Assembly: GCA_964016885.1 (NCBI GenBank)
Contig: OZ024744.1
Location: 134,788,001 to 134,852,000, forward strand
Direction of reading: 5' to 3'
From: Eledone cirrhosa
Taxonomy: Eukaryota
Length of the DNA stretch: 64,000 nucleotides
Shown: positions 62,874 to 64,000 of the stretch, in pieces
Layout: the number at the start of each line of letters is the position of its first letter
Numbering within the stretch: the stretch's first letter is position 1
Notes under the pieces: model-generated
The model's database searches: none
Told to the model about the DNA's origin: nothing
What the model saw: the letters and a program-made list of their open reading frames with translations, nothing else
Made by a program: the position numbers and the translations under genes

Positions 62874-64000
62874 GTCGGGGTTAAGTTAAGTTGGCGTTAA
62901 GTTAAGTTGGCGTTAAGTTAAGTTAGGCTTAACTTAAGTTGGGGTTCAGTTAAGTTGGGGGTAAGTTAAGTTGGGGGTAAGTTAAGTTGGGGGTAAGTTA
63001 AGTTGGGGTTAAGTTAAGTTGCGGTTAAGTTGGGGTTAAGTTAAGTTAGGGTTAAGTTAAGTTGGGGTTGAGTTAAGTTGGGGTTAATTAAGTGGTGGTT
63101 ATGTTAAGTTGGGGTTAAGTTAAGTTGGGGTTAATTTAAATTGGGGTTAAGATAAGTCGGGGTTAAGTTAAGTTGGGGTTAAGTTAAGTTGGGGTAAAGT
63201 TGGGGTTGAGTTAAGTTGGGGTTGAGTGAAGTTGGGGTTAAGTTAAGTTGGGGTTAAGTTAAGTTGGGGTTAAGATAAGTCGGGGTTAAGTTAAGTTGTG
63301 GTTGATTTAAGTTGGGGTTAATTTAAGTTGGGGCTAAGTTAATTTGTGGTTAAGTTAAGTTAGGGTTAAGTTAAGTTGGGGTTAAGTTAAGTTGGGGTTG
63401 AGTTAAGTTGGGGTTGAGTTAATTTGGTGTTAAGTTAAGTTGGGGTTAAGTTAAGTTGGGTTTAAGTTAAGTTGGGGTTAAGTTAAGTTGGGGGTAAGTT
63501 AAGTTGGGGGCAAGTTAATTTGGGGTTAATTTAAGTTGGGGTTAAATTAAGTTGTGGTTACGTTAAGTTGGTGTTAAGTTAAGTTGGGGTTAAGTTAAGT
63601 TGGGGTTAATTTAAGTTGGGGTTGAGTTAAGTTGGGGTTAAGTTAAGTTGGGGTTATATTAAGTTGGGGTTAAGTTAAGTTGGGGTTCAGTTAAGTTGGG
63701 GTTAAGTTAAGTTGGGGTTAAGTTAAGTTGGGGCTAAGTTAAGTTGGGGCTGAGTTAAGTTGGGGCTGAGTTAAGTTGGGGCTAAGTTAAGTTGGGGTTG
63801 AGTTAAGTTGGGGTTAAGTTGGGGTTAAGTTAAGTTAGGTTTAAGTTAAGTTGGGGTTAAGTTAAGTTGGGGTTAAGTTAAGTTGGGGTTAAGTCAAGTT
63901 GGGGTTAAGTTAAGTTGGGGTTAAGTTAATTTGTGGTTAAGTTAAGTTGTGGTTAAGTTAAGTTGGGGTTAAGTTAAGTTGGGCTTAAGTTAAGTCGGGG

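Larger units (their letters stand above)
1..64000 (+). repeat. Tandem satellite array of a 16-bp monomer (TTAAGTTAAGTTGGGG)n with point variants and occasional 10/11/15-bp length variants; runs off both ends of the window
   Basis: The monomer is directly readable throughout and there is no unique sequence anywhere. The G-rich strand is + except in 27 short inverted blocks. Confidence 0.99.

Noticed and set aside
1-64000. Protein-coding ORF (repeat protein)
   Set aside because: TAA appears twice per 16-bp monomer on both strands and the period rotates it through all frames. Under a TAA-reassigned ciliate code frames could stay open longer, but frequent 10/11/15-bp units, inversions and the lack of any unique sequence give no support for coding.

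Overview
The whole 64-kb window is one non-coding tandem array of a 16-bp G-rich monomer, consensus TTAAG-TTAAG-TTGGGG on the + strand (roughly 4,000 copies). It contains no genes: TAA occurs twice per monomer on both strands and cycles through all frames. The array is not a simple satellite. I count 27 copies of a ~170-217 bp cassette in which the monomer is inverted (C-rich on +). Each opens at a spacer-less palindromic junction (GGGGTT|AACCCC) and closes at a conserved junction (CTTAAGCCCAAAGTCGGGG), followed by a conserved, unusually diverged ~300 bp flank. Shared diagnostic variants indicate that one ancestral inversion was amplified as part of a variable-length higher-order repeat (cassette spacing 0.68-5.45 kb). 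Recent multi-kb block duplications (~6.1-6.9, 3.12, 5.84, 1.72 and ~7.8 kb) are layered on top, and the cassette haplotype switches near 33 kb. The monomer resembles a compound telomeric motif, but the variant pattern points to recombination-based maintenance (centromeric, subtelomeric or interstitial satellite). The organism cannot be identified from this sequence. All coordinates were read by eye and may be off by a few bases.
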